A stretch of DNA of 64,000 bases from an uncultured Clostridia bacterium. GTDB lineage: Bacteria; Bacillota; Clostridia; TANB77; CAG-508. Below the pieces are notes generated by a model that saw only the letters and a program-made list of their open reading frames with translations, was not told the DNA's origin and searched no databases. Position 1 is the first letter of the stretch. The number at the start of each line of letters is the position of its first letter. A program made the translations under genes and the position numbers. Positions 32,515 through 42,152 of the stretch are shown here, piece after piece. The stretch is from contig CALXKE010000001.1 in assembly GCA_944388805.1 (NCBI GenBank), forward strand, positions 48,090 through 112,089, given 5' to 3'.

Positions 32515-33129
32515 ATGCAAAAAAGAAAAAAACGATATATTATCATAATGATCATTTTAGTGTGTATTATATTTTTTATGATAAATTTTATAAGATATGA
32601 TTTTTTACAAGAAGATTTATTATTTTTTCAATTTTTAAGTTCTAGAAATCAATCCAAAGATATTTCTAATGTAAGAAAGCAAGTCGTAGAAAACGATGAA
32701 ACAAATATAAATGTAAAAAACATTTTTTTTGATGTACAGTATCAGAAAACAACAATAAAAGCATTAAATCTAACAGAAACACTAGATAATAAAACATTAG
32801 TATATGAAAAAATAGCACCAGGGACAAGTGGTGAATTTGAAATTTTATTAAATGCTAACCAGAATATGAATTATAAAATTGCATTTGAAAGTGAAAATGA
32901 AAAACCAACTAATTTACAATTTTATACGACAAATAAGGAAAAGAGATATGCCACTTTAGAAAATTTAGGAGAAATATTAACAGGTAAAATTCTAAGAAAT
33001 GAAGAAAAAATAATACCTGTTTATTGGGAATGGAAATATGAAACAAGTCAAGGGCAGAATAAGCAAGATACATTAGAAGCAAAGAAAATTAGAGAATATC
33101 ATTTTTTGATATATGTACAAGGGTATTAG
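32515..33129 (+). CDS. TasA/CalY-like secreted protein, paralog of the gene at 31085
   Basis: IAPGTSGEFEILLNA...IPVYWEWKYETSQG parallels VAPGTSGSFNIIVDA...ITINWEWQYETGED. Confidence 0.45.
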   Translation: MQKRKKRYIIIMIILVCIIFFMINFIRYDFLQEDLLFFQFLSSRNQSKDISNVRKQVVENDETNINVKNIFFDVQYQKTTIKALNLTETLDNKTLVYEKIAPGTSGEFEILLNANQNMNYKIAFESENEKPTNLQFYTTNKEKRYATLENLGEILTGKILRNEEKIIPVYWEWKYETSQGQNKQDTLEAKKIREYHFLIYVQGY

Positions 33130-33130
33130 T

Positions 33131-33323
33131 TTTTGTTCAGTGTCCAGTTCCTCGAAGGTATATATATTATATTTTTCGCTATCCCAACACTTTACATATT
33201 CTAGCAAAATCAGCTCCCACGGGACTGTCGCTGATTTAATAAGAGTATGTAGCGTGTCGGTCCCCACGAAACTCGCTTAAAATATAATATATATACCTTC
33301 GAGGAATTGGACACTGAACAGAA
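33131..33323. repeat. IR-2: 41-bp inverted repeat (1 mismatch) flanking a 103-bp spacer
   Basis: gttcagtgtccagttcctcgaaggtatatatattatatttt (33135-33175) versus 33279-33319; the spacer contains sub-hairpins (atcagc...gctgat). Confidence 0.9.
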
Positions 33324-33365
33324 ATGGATATTTGATAAGTATTCTAATAAAATCTATCAAAATAC

Positions 33366-33394
33366 TTGTAAAAGAGAAAGAAAAATTATATAAT
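33366..33394 (+). promoter_or_regulatory. promoter TTGTAA-N17-TATAAT for tRNA-Gln(CTG)
   Basis: ttgtaa at 33366-71, tataat at 33389-94. Confidence 0.45.
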
Positions 33395-33406
33395 ATACAT
33401 GTATAT

Positions 33407-33481
33407 TGGGGTATCGCCAAGCGGTAAGGCATCGGACTCTGACTCCGACATTCCTGTGTTCGAATCACAGTACCCCAGCCA
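33407..33481 (+). tRNA. tRNA-Gln (CTG)
   Basis: tggggtatcgccaagcggtaaggcatcggactCTGactccgac...ttcgaatcacagtaccccagcca. Confidence 0.8.
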
Positions 33482-33482
33482 T

Positions 33483-33520
33483 TTTGCAACTAGTTTATTT
33501 GACTAGTTGCTTTGTTTTGT
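33483..33520 (+). terminator. rho-independent terminator
   Basis: ttttgcaactagt-ttatttg-actagttgc then tttgtttt. Confidence 0.6.
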
Positions 33521-33675
33521 TAAACAACAATTATGTATAAAAGCATGTTCGATTTGGTATGGTGAAGTAACAAAGTGTGAGAAACTATTTTGATTTTTCA
33601 GAATAGTTTTCTTTACTTTTTGGTAAAATTAGGATATAATGTAACAAGTTAACAAGATAAAAAGGAGAGATAGAT

Positions 33676-35184
33676 ATGCAAGAAAACAAAAATAAAGCAA
33701 ATGAAAATCAAACAGAAGAATTAGATGTAAACCATCTAATGCAAATCAGAAGAGACAAGTTAGAAGAATTACAAGCACAAGGAAAAAATCCATTTGAAAT
33801 CACAAAATTTAATAGAACCAATACAGCAGGAGAAATCAAAGCAAATTATGATAAGTTTGAGCAAAAAGATGTAACGGTTGCAGGAAGAATTATAGCAAAA
33901 AGAATTATGGGAAAAGCATCATTTTGTACCATTCAAGATAGTGATGAAAAAATCCAAAGCTATGTTAGTATCAATGATTTAGGAGAAGAAAGCTATAAAG
34001 CATTTAAAACATTTGATATTGGAGATATTATTGGAATAACAGGTTTTGTATTCAAAACAAGAACAGAAGAAATCTCTGTACATGCAAAAGAAGTGACATT
34101 ACTTACAAAATCTTTAAGACCATTACCAGAAAAATTCCATGGATTAAAAGATATGGATTTAAGATATCGTCAAAGATATGTTGACTTAATTATGAATCCA
34201 GAAGTAAAAGAAACATTTATCTTAAGAAGTAAAATTATAAAAGAAATTAGAAAATTTATGGATGAACATGGCTATATGGAAGTAGAAACACCAATGCTTA
34301 CAACAGTAGCAACAGGAGACGCTGCAAGACCATTTATCACACATCATAATACATTAGATTTACAAATGTATTTAAGAATTGCACCAGAATTAAATTTAAA
34401 AAGATTAATTGTTGGCGGATTTGATAAAGTATTTGAAATTGGTAAAAACTTTAGAAATGAAGGAATGGATATTAAACACAATCCAGAATTTACAAATATG
34501 GAATTTTACTCTGCTTATGAAGACTATCATGATATGATGAATATAGCAGAACAATTAATTTCAACTGTTGCCCAAAATGTATTAGGAACAACAAACATCA
34601 CATATCAGGGACAAGAAATTAATTTAGCTCCAGGTTGGAAGAAAATTACCATGATTGATGCCATAAAAGAAGTAACAGGTATTGATTTTAATACAATCAA
34701 TACAGATGAAGAAGCGCAAGCTTTAGCTAAAGAAAAAGGTGTAGAATATGAAGAAATCAAAAATACAAGAGGACATATTATAAACGAATTTTTCGAAACA
34801 TTTGTTGAAGAAACTTTAATACAACCAACATTTATCATGGATTATCCAGTAGAGGTATCACCACTTACCAAAAGAAAGAAAGAAGATCCAAGATTAGTTG
34901 AAAGATTTGAATTATTTATTGGTGGAAGAGAATATGGAAATGCTTATTCAGAATTAAATGATCCAATTGACCAATATGAGAGATTTTTAAAACAAGTAGA
35001 AGCCAAAGAAAAAGGTGATGAAGAAGCTGGTGGAATGGATGAAGATTTCGTAAATGCACTAGAAATCGGATTACCACCAACAGGTGGAATGGGAATTGGA
35101 TTAGATAGATTAATTATGCTATTAACAGATTCTGCTTCTATAAGAGATGTATTGTTTTTCCCAACAATGAAGCCATTAAACTAA
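33676..35184 (+). CDS. lysS: lysyl-tRNA synthetase (class II)
   Basis: OB anticodon-binding domain plus class II motifs (FRNEG, GGxGIGIDRL). Confidence 0.95.
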   Translation: MQENKNKANENQTEELDVNHLMQIRRDKLEELQAQGKNPFEITKFNRTNTAGEIKANYDKFEQKDVTVAGRIIAKRIMGKASFCTIQDSDEKIQSYVSINDLGEESYKAFKTFDIGDIIGITGFVFKTRTEEISVHAKEVTLLTKSLRPLPEKFHGLKDMDLRYRQRYVDLIMNPEVKETFILRSKIIKEIRKFMDEHGYMEVETPMLTTVATGDAARPFITHHNTLDLQMYLRIAPELNLKRLIVGGFDKVFEIGKNFRNEGMDIKHNPEFTNMEFYSAYEDYHDMMNIAEQLISTVAQNVLGTTNITYQGQEINLAPGWKKITMIDAIKEVTGIDFNTINTDEEAQALAKEKGVEYEEIKNTRGHIINEFFETFVEETLIQPTFIMDYPVEVSPLTKRKKEDPRLVERFELFIGGREYGNAYSELNDPIDQYERFLKQVEAKEKGDEEAGGMDEDFVNALEIGLPPTGGMGIGLDRLIMLLTDSASIRDVLFFPTMKPLN

Positions 35185-35216
35185 TTTGATAAAAAAAGGG
35201 GAAGATAGGAGTATTT

Positions 35217-35957
35217 ATGTTTAATTTTTCATTTGATAGAAGAATCATTTATATTATATTAGGAATCATGGTATTATCTATGGTTGTACAATATTTAGCA
35301 AATCCAGGAATGTTATTTTCACTATTAATTAGTGTACCAGGTGTGTTAATTGCCATTACATTTCATGAATTTGCCCATGCCTTTGTAGCAGACAGATTAG
35401 GAGATGATACAGCAAGAAGAGAAGGAAGGTTAAGTCTAAATCCATTAGACCATTTAGACCCAATTGGAACAGTATTATTACTATTTGCAGGATTTGGTTG
35501 GGGAAAACCAGTTCATGTAAATCCAAGAAATTATACAAGGAAAATGTCTATGGAAAAAGGAGAAGCACTGGTTTCTATTGCAGGACCAGTTATGAACTTT
35601 GTACTTGCCATTATTTTTGCTATTGTATATTATGGAATTTATAAATTTGCAAATACCTCATTTTTGTTATCTACAATGGGCGGAATTATTATGACCATGA
35701 TTGGTTCAACAGTATCCATTAATGTGGGATTAGGATTATTTAACTTAATTCCATTACCACCATTAGATGGTTCAAAAGTGATTATGCCATTTTTACCATT
35801 CAATGCAAAACAATGGTTTATTAATAATGAACAAATCTTTTATATAGTATTTGTTGTATTATGGATAACAGGATTAACATCTTATATCATTTCTCCAGGA
35901 ATTCAAGCAGTAAGTAGTTGGATATCTAACCTAGCAATGGCTATTTGGGGATTATAA
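35217..35957 (+). CDS. M50-family site-2 protease-like membrane metalloprotease
   Basis: HEFAHA zinc-binding motif within a TM helix; polytopic. Confidence 0.7.
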   Translation: MFNFSFDRRIIYIILGIMVLSMVVQYLANPGMLFSLLISVPGVLIAITFHEFAHAFVADRLGDDTARREGRLSLNPLDHLDPIGTVLLLFAGFGWGKPVHVNPRNYTRKMSMEKGEALVSIAGPVMNFVLAIIFAIVYYGIYKFANTSFLLSTMGGIIMTMIGSTVSINVGLGLFNLIPLPPLDGSKVIMPFLPFNAKQWFINNEQIFYIVFVVLWITGLTSYIISPGIQAVSSWISNLAMAIWGL

Positions 35958-36191
35958 GTTTATGTATAGGAAATATAAAAGAGGAAGAGAGCTAGAAATT
36001 AAATCTCAGCAATCTTCCTTTTTAGTTGAAACGGAAAAAATAGAAAAAATTCTTCTAAAATGAGATGTATCTATTAATAAAGTACGTAGTAATCTTTACT
36101 ATTTTTACGATAAATGATATAATTAGCACGAAAATAAAAGGAAAAATAGGAAGAAAAAAACAGAATTATTGATAAAATATTTGGAGGAAAG

Positions 36192-37178
36192 ATGAAAGAT
36201 ATTTACACATTAGGAATTGAATCAAGTTGTGATGAAACATCAGTGGCTATTGTGAAAAATGGAAGAGAGATAGTATCGAATATCATTGATACACAAATAC
36301 CAATCCATGAAAAATATGGAGGGGTTGTACCAGAAATAGCCTCTAGAAATCATATAGAAGCTATTTCAAGAGTAACCAAAAAAGCATTAGAAGATGCAAA
36401 AATGACATTAGAACAAATAGATGCCGTTACACCTACATATGGACCAGGATTAGTTGGTGCTTTATTGGTTGGATTATCTTATGCAAAAGCATTAAGTTTT
36501 GCAATCAATAAACCATTTGTTGGAGTAAATCATATCCAAGGGCATATCGCAGCAAATTATATAACTTATAAAGAACTAGAGCCACCATTTTTATGTGTGA
36601 TGATGTCAGGTGGTAATACACAAATTATACATGTAAAAGATTATACAGAATTTGAAGTATTAGGTAAGACAAGAGATGATGCTATTGGAGAAGCATTTGA
36701 TAAAGTAGCAAGAGTCGTAGGATTGGGATATCCTGGAGGACCTAAAGTAGACAAATTAGCGCAAGAGGGAAAACCAATCATAGACTTACCAAAAACACAT
36801 TTCGAAAATATGGATTTTAGTTTTAGTGGAATCAAAACAGCTGTCATTAATTTACATCATAAAAATCCAGAAATCAATAAAGCAGATTTATGTGCAAGTT
36901 TTGAAAAAACAGTAACAGAAATATTAATCGAAAATGTAAAAAAGGCAATGAAATTAACAGGGATAAAAACAATTGCATTAGCAGGTGGTGTATCAGCTAA
37001 TAGTTATATAAGAAAAGCCTTTATGGAGTTAAAACAAGAAGGCATGGAAATATATATGCCAGATTTAAAATTATGTACAGACAATGCTGCTATGATTGCG
37101 TCAGCTGGATATTATAATTATATACAAGGAAAAAGAGATGAATTAAACTTAAATGCAATACCAAATTTAAAATTATAG
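36192..37178 (+). CDS. tsaD: tRNA N6-adenosine threonylcarbamoyltransferase TsaD
   Basis: [15 protein letters not shown]..., HxxGH metal motif, Kae1/Gcp family. Confidence 0.9.
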   Translation: MKDIYTLGIESSCDETSVAIVKNGREIVSNIIDTQIPIHEKYGGVVPEIASRNHIEAISRVTKKALEDAKMTLEQIDAVTPTYGPGLVGALLVGLSYAKALSFAINKPFVGVNHIQGHIAANYITYKELEPPFLCVMMSGGNTQIIHVKDYTEFEVLGKTRDDAIGEAFDKVARVVGLGYPGGPKVDKLAQEGKPIIDLPKTHFENMDFSFSGIKTAVINLHHKNPEINKADLCASFEKTVTEILIENVKKAMKLTGIKTIALAGGVSANSYIRKAFMELKQEGMEIYMPDLKLCTDNAAMIASAGYYNYIQGKRDELNLNAIPNLKL

Positions 37179-37279
37179 GAATTTTACTTTTATTTTCATG
37201 TAAATGAGAAACGAATAAAATTTGATAAAAGCAGACTTTCCTATAAAGTAAAAGATATGATAAGAAATGGAGAAAATAA

Positions 37280-37987
37280 ATGGCAATATATACAATAGGA
37301 GACCTTCATTTATCCTTTAATGAAGATAAGCCAATGAGCGTCTTTGGAGAAAATTGGGAAGGATATGAAGAAAAAATAAAAGAAAATTGGATAAACCTGG
37401 TAACAGAAAATGATTTGGTCATATTACCAGGAGATTTTTCATGGTCAATGTATTTAAAAGATACATATAAAGATTTTGAATATCTAAATTCTCTACCAGG
37501 TAAAAAGCTATTATTAAAAGGCAATCATGATTATTGGTGGTCTACAGTCAATAGTATGAGAAACTATATAAAAGAAAATGACTTTAAGGATATTGACTTT
37601 ATATATAATAATGCATATGAATTTGAAAATAAAATCATAGTAGGAACAAGAGGATGGTCTTTTGGGGAAGATGCAGAAAGCAAAAAAATGATTCAAAGAG
37701 AAGTGGCAAGATTAGAATTATCTATCAAAAGTGGAATAGAAAATTATGGAGAAGACAAAGAAATTATTGCATTTTTACATTATCCACCAATTGTAAATCA
37801 AAATGTACAAAAAAATGAAATGAATGAATTTATTAAAATGTTGAAAAAGTATGACATAAAGAGATGTTACTATGGACATTTACATAGTATGGCAATAAAA
37901 GAAGCAGTGGAAGGAGAACATTTTGGGATTAAGTTTCAATTGGTGAGCGCTGATGCTGTTCAGTTTAATTTAGTAAAAGTAGGATGA
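37280..37987 (+). CDS. calcineurin-like metallophosphoesterase
   Basis: IGDLHLS, GDF, GNHDYW motifs. Confidence 0.7.
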   Translation: MAIYTIGDLHLSFNEDKPMSVFGENWEGYEEKIKENWINLVTENDLVILPGDFSWSMYLKDTYKDFEYLNSLPGKKLLLKGNHDYWWSTVNSMRNYIKENDFKDIDFIYNNAYEFENKIIVGTRGWSFGEDAESKKMIQREVARLELSIKSGIENYGEDKEIIAFLHYPPIVNQNVQKNEMNEFIKMLKKYDIKRCYYGHLHSMAIKEAVEGEHFGIKFQLVSADAVQFNLVKVG

Positions 37988-37995
37988 GTATTTTT

Positions 37996-38148
37996 GAGGA
38001 AAATTGGGGACTGACGAATCGGGAAATCGGGGACGGACTCATTTTTCCCTTTTTATAAAATTTAATATATTTTTTAGTTATTTAAGTAAAAAGGGAAAAA
38101 TGAGTCCGTCCCCGATTTCCCGATTCGTTCCCAAAATCCCTCGAAATT
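37996..38148. repeat. Family-1 inverted-repeat element, copy C
   Basis: gaggaaaattggggactgacgaatcgggaaatcggggacggactcatttttccctttt mirrored at 38090-38148. Confidence 0.85.
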
Positions 38149-38206
38149 GTCTATTGACAAAAAAATAAGGAATTGATAATATATACATATATAATGGGGG
38201 CGAAGT

Positions 38207-38710
38207 ATGAATATATATCCAGATGCATATTTTAAAAAAGTAGAAGATATAAATGTAGAATTTTTGAATAAGAATAAAATAAAAGCATTGTTATTGGATG
38301 TAGATAATACATTAGTAGATCATACCCAAAAGATGGCAGAAAGTGTCATAAAATGGGCAAAAGAATTAAAAGGTCAAGGTGTAAAACTATATGTATTATC
38401 CAATACAAATGATAAACAAAAAATTGAAAACATTATTAAAAAAATAGAGGTACCATATCAGCTTTTTTCTATGAAACCATTAAAAAGAGGTTTTAAAAAA
38501 GCACAAAAAGCATTAGGAGAAAAAAGTGAAAATATAGCGATAGTAGGAGATCAAATTTTTACAGATGTGATTGGTGGGAAAAGATGTAATATGTATACCA
38601 TATTGGTAGATCCAATAAACGAAAAAGATTTTTGGTATACTGCATGGAAAAGGCCAATAGAAAATAAAATTAAAAGTAAAATAAGAGTACAGCAAAAAAA
38701 TGTAAAATAA
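38207..38710 (+). CDS. YqeG-family HAD phosphatase
   Basis: ALLLDVDNTLV HAD motif I, about 170 aa. Confidence 0.65.
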   Translation: MNIYPDAYFKKVEDINVEFLNKNKIKALLLDVDNTLVDHTQKMAESVIKWAKELKGQGVKLYVLSNTNDKQKIENIIKKIEVPYQLFSMKPLKRGFKKAQKALGEKSENIAIVGDQIFTDVIGGKRCNMYTILVDPINEKDFWYTAWKRPIENKIKSKIRVQQKNVK

Positions 38711-38860
38711 ATAAAAACAAGAAACTATGAAATTAGATAGACTACAATAAAATGAAAACATGCAAACGAAAAAATAGAATGACAATATGAAATATTGGAA
38801 AAAGAAAAAAGGAGAATAGAATGTATTATAATGATGTACATATAGGATATTACTTAGCAG

Positions 38861-39571
38861 TTGCAATTATTCGGTTTATTTGTAGGACAATTGGTTGATT
38901 GGGCGAATAAACGATTACCAGAATATAAAAAGTTTTTATCATTAGATATATTTAAAGAATATAAAAGAAAATTCAAACCAAACTATATATTGATGTTATT
39001 AACATCTGCAATTTATGTAACATTGGTTTATACATTGGGAATAAAAGATACATTAATTGCCAATTTAGATTTAATAAAATTCTTGATTTTAACACCAATG
39101 TTGTTATCTGCATTTGTTATAGATTACAAATATCAAATCATACCAAATAGATTGAATCTAACCATATTTGAAATTGGGTTAATATTTGCTTTCATATATG
39201 GATTATCCAATGTAGCAATTACTTTAAATATGTTATTAGGAATGTTAGCTGGTGCAGGAATTTTTTTAGTTATCACATTAGTTGGTGGATTATTTTATGG
39301 AAAAGAAGCCATGGGATTTGGTGATGTTAAATTAATGGGAGCATTAGGATTATTTTTTGGATTATCTAATATTGTGGTAATCACATTAATATCTTTCTTA
39401 ATAGGTGCCATATTGAGTATAGGACTATTAATTACAAAAGTAAAGAAAACAGATGAATATATACCTTTTGGACCATTTATCGTAATTGCAACATTTATTA
39501 GTATGTATATACCATTTGAAACAATAAAATTTGTATTAATGAAGATATTTACACTAGGAATGTCTCATTGA
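38861..39571 (+). CDS. A24-family prepilin peptidase; N-terminus probably frameshifted (see findings)
   Basis: GFGDVKLMGALGLFFG catalytic-Asp region, polytopic. A strong RBS aaggaga+ATG at 38821 opens a different frame that closes at 38895. Stop (MSH*) comes from a family-2 repeat. Confidence 0.7.
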   Translation: MQLFGLFVGQLVDWANKRLPEYKKFLSLDIFKEYKRKFKPNYILMLLTSAIYVTLVYTLGIKDTLIANLDLIKFLILTPMLLSAFVIDYKYQIIPNRLNLTIFEIGLIFAFIYGLSNVAITLNMLLGMLAGAGIFLVITLVGGLFYGKEAMGFGDVKLMGALGLFFGLSNIVVITLISFLIGAILSIGLLITKVKKTDEYIPFGPFIVIATFISMYIPFETIKFVLMKIFTLGMSH

Positions 39572-39622
39572 GATTATTTGTCTGTGCGACATGTCTCATT
39601 AAAGTTATTTGACTGTGCGACA
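39561..39622. repeat. Family-2 repeat, 2 units
   Basis: tgtctcattgagattatttgtctgtgcgacatgtctcattaaagttatttgactgtgcgaca. Confidence 0.75.
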
Positions 39623-39631
39623 AAAATATAA

Positions 39632-40711
39632 ATGATAGAGGGGATGAGAAATATGAATCCTAAATTACAATGGTTAAGAAATAAAATGTCTAGTTTAGAC
39701 TTACAGGGATTAATTATATCCAATCCAATTAATATTAAATATTTAACGAATATAGATGCAGAAGGGATATTATTATTAACTAGAAAAGAAAATATTTATA
39801 TCACAGATGCAAGATATATAGAGCATGTTCACAGTATATTAACATTATATGATGAAATTATTGTCTATGATATGAATGATGTATCAAAAGAAGATTATGA
39901 GAATTTCTTTATGTTTTGTGAAAATGTTGGATTTGAAGAATATTATGTCACATATGCACAGTATAAAGAATATATGAGAAAATATAAAATTAACAGTTTA
40001 GTAGAAACAGAACATATCATAGAAAAGCAAAGAATGATAAAAGATGAAGAAGAGATTAGTAATATTAGAAAAGCATGTGAGATTACAGATAATTGTTTTT
40101 CATATATATTAGATTATATCAAACCAGGTATGACTGAAAAACAAATTGCGAATGAAATTGAAGAATATTATAAACAAAGAACAGATGGCTTATCTTTTGA
40201 AACAATTGTGGCTTCAGGGGAAAATACTTCAAAACCACATGCCATTCCAACAGATAGAAAGATACAAGATGTAGATATTATCACCATTGATATGGGATGT
40301 AAGGTAAATGGATATTGCTCAGATATGACGAGAACCTTTTTTGTTGGAAAAGTTCCAGAATATGTAAAACCAATTTATGATTTGGTTTTAAAAAATCAAA
40401 CACAAACAGCTAATGATTTTAAAGATGGAGCAAGTACAAGATTGTTAACAAAAATGGTAGAAAATGATTTTAAGTTAAATGGATGTGATTTAATTCATAG
40501 TTTAGGGCATGGAGTAGGAATGGAAATACATGAAGCACCATATATTAGTTATAAGTCAGATACATTACTAAAAGAAAATATGGTTGTAACCAATGAACCA
40601 GGAATATATATACCAGGGAAATTTGGTGTGAGAATAGAAGATACTGTGCAAATTACAAAATTTGGTTGTATAAATTTAACCAATTCTGAGAAAAATTATA
40701 TTGTAATATGA
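39632..40711 (+). CDS. M24-family Xaa-Pro aminopeptidase
   Basis: HSLGHGVGMEIHEAP pita-bread metal-site motif. Confidence 0.8.
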   Translation: MIEGMRNMNPKLQWLRNKMSSLDLQGLIISNPINIKYLTNIDAEGILLLTRKENIYITDARYIEHVHSILTLYDEIIVYDMNDVSKEDYENFFMFCENVGFEEYYVTYAQYKEYMRKYKINSLVETEHIIEKQRMIKDEEEISNIRKACEITDNCFSYILDYIKPGMTEKQIANEIEEYYKQRTDGLSFETIVASGENTSKPHAIPTDRKIQDVDIITIDMGCKVNGYCSDMTRTFFVGKVPEYVKPIYDLVLKNQTQTANDFKDGASTRLLTKMVENDFKLNGCDLIHSLGHGVGMEIHEAPYISYKSDTLLKENMVVTNEPGIYIPGKFGVRIEDTVQITKFGCINLTNSEKNYIVI

Positions 40712-40881
40712 GAACGTTACACTTCAGTCTAGGATATATTCTAGGATATATCTTAGACTGAACCGTAACAATAAAAAAGCAAAATGGCTTAAAATCAGCA
40801 AAATGCTTGATTTTTATTGAAAAATGTAGTAAAATATATAAAGTTTGTAATAGTATTTGAAAAATGAAAGGAGAAATGAAA

Positions 40882-41448
40882 ATGGCATCAGTATATTCAG
40901 CAGGAGATTTTAGAAATGGAACAACATTTGAAATGGAGGGAAATGTATATAGAATCGTAGAATTCCAACATGTAAAACCAGGAAAAGGTTCAGCATTTGT
41001 AAGAACAAAATTAAAAAATGTAATAACAGGTGCAACATTAGAAAAAACATTTAACCCAGGAGATAAATTCCCAGCTGCACAAATAGAAAAGAAAAATATG
41101 CAATATTTATATAATGATAGCGGTTTATATTATTTCATGGATAATGAAACATATGACCAAATACCATTAAATGAAGAACAAATTGGTGATTGTTTAAAAT
41201 ATTTAAAGGAAAATATGGAGGTAACGATTCTTTCATATAAAGGAAATGTATTTGCAGTAGAACCACCAATATTTGTTGAATTAGAAGTTACATACACTGA
41301 ACCTGGATTTAGTGGAAATACAACAACAACATCAGGAAAACCAGCAAAATTAGAGACAGGTTTAGAAATTCAAGTACCATTATTCGTTGAAATTGGGGAT
41401 ATTTTAAGAATAGATACTAGAACAGGCGAATATATGGAAAGAGTATAG
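40882..41448 (+). CDS. efp: elongation factor P
   Basis: [13 protein letters not shown]...[16 protein letters not shown] with the conserved KPGKG loop. Confidence 0.95.
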   Translation: MASVYSAGDFRNGTTFEMEGNVYRIVEFQHVKPGKGSAFVRTKLKNVITGATLEKTFNPGDKFPAAQIEKKNMQYLYNDSGLYYFMDNETYDQIPLNEEQIGDCLKYLKENMEVTILSYKGNVFAVEPPIFVELEVTYTEPGFSGNTTTTSGKPAKLETGLEIQVPLFVEIGDILRIDTRTGEYMERV

Positions 41449-41462
41449 AAAGGTGAATCTTA

Positions 41463-41996
41463 ATGGCTAAACTAAGAGAAGAATATAATAACTTTTTAAA
41501 GGATATTGAAAAAAATTTAAAAAACAAAGAAGATCTAGAATATGTAAAAGTTAGATTTTCAATGTTTGTTGATAAAGTAATTGACGAAATGGATATGATT
41601 GTAGACTATAAAACACAGAAAATGAATGAAATAGAGCAAAAACAAAAAGAAATTGATGATAAAATGGGTAAAATGCAACAAATTATTGATAATATTGAAA
41701 AAGATATCTATTCTGATGAAGGTTTTGATTTTGAAATTATTTGTCCATATTGTGATAATCAATTTGTGATAGATGTTGATGAAGATAGAACAGAAGTAGA
41801 ATGTCCAGTTTGCAATAATATTATTGAATTAGATTGGTCAGGAGATGTAGAAGAAGATATAGATTGTCATGGAAGTTGTTCAGGTTGTCATGGTTGTGAT
41901 GATGAGACAGAAGAAGAACAACAAGAGAAAAATCAGTCAGCTAAAAATGATAATACAAAAAAGAATACACGAGAAAATAATGATGATGATATGTAA
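41463..41996 (+). CDS. coiled-coil / double zinc-ribbon protein of unknown function
   Basis: CPYCDN...CPVCNN plus a C-terminal CHGSCSGCHGCDD cluster; acidic tail. Confidence 0.5.
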   Translation: MAKLREEYNNFLKDIEKNLKNKEDLEYVKVRFSMFVDKVIDEMDMIVDYKTQKMNEIEQKQKEIDDKMGKMQQIIDNIEKDIYSDEGFDFEIICPYCDNQFVIDVDEDRTEVECPVCNNIIELDWSGDVEEDIDCHGSCSGCHGCDDETEEEQQEKNQSAKNDNTKKNTRENNDDDM

Positions 41997-42047
41997 GAAA
42001 AATAGAGTACAGTGAGTTAAAGTTATGATTAATCTTAAATAGTAATA

Positions 42048-42086
42048 AGTAAAAAAAGCACTAAAATTTATTTTTAGTGCTTTTTT
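42048..42086 (+). terminator. rho-independent terminator
   Basis: aaaaaagcactaaaa-tttattttt-agtgctttttt. Confidence 0.7.
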
Positions 42087-42087
42087 C

Positions 42088-42116
42088 TTGCCATTATGAA
42101 TTCTTTATCATATAAT
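42088..42116 (+). promoter_or_regulatory. promoter TTGCCA-N17-TATAAT
   Basis: ttgcca at 42088-93, tataat at 42111-16, immediately after the terminator. Confidence 0.55.
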
Positions 42117-42152
42117 AGAATTAGTAATTTAAGAGAAAAATGGGGAATACAT

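Noticed and set aside
30657-33323. IR-1/IR-2 as integron attC sites or retron msr/msd
   Set aside because: attC sites are imperfect and lack 30-40-bp perfect arms; no integrase or reverse transcriptase is nearby. An inverton/MITE/structured-RNA interpretation is kept instead.
33589-33625. Hairpin gaaactatt…aatagtttt upstream of lysS as a T-box or attenuator
   Set aside because: No T-box consensus (AATTAGGGTGG) or specifier structure; probably a simple stem-loop within the promoter region.
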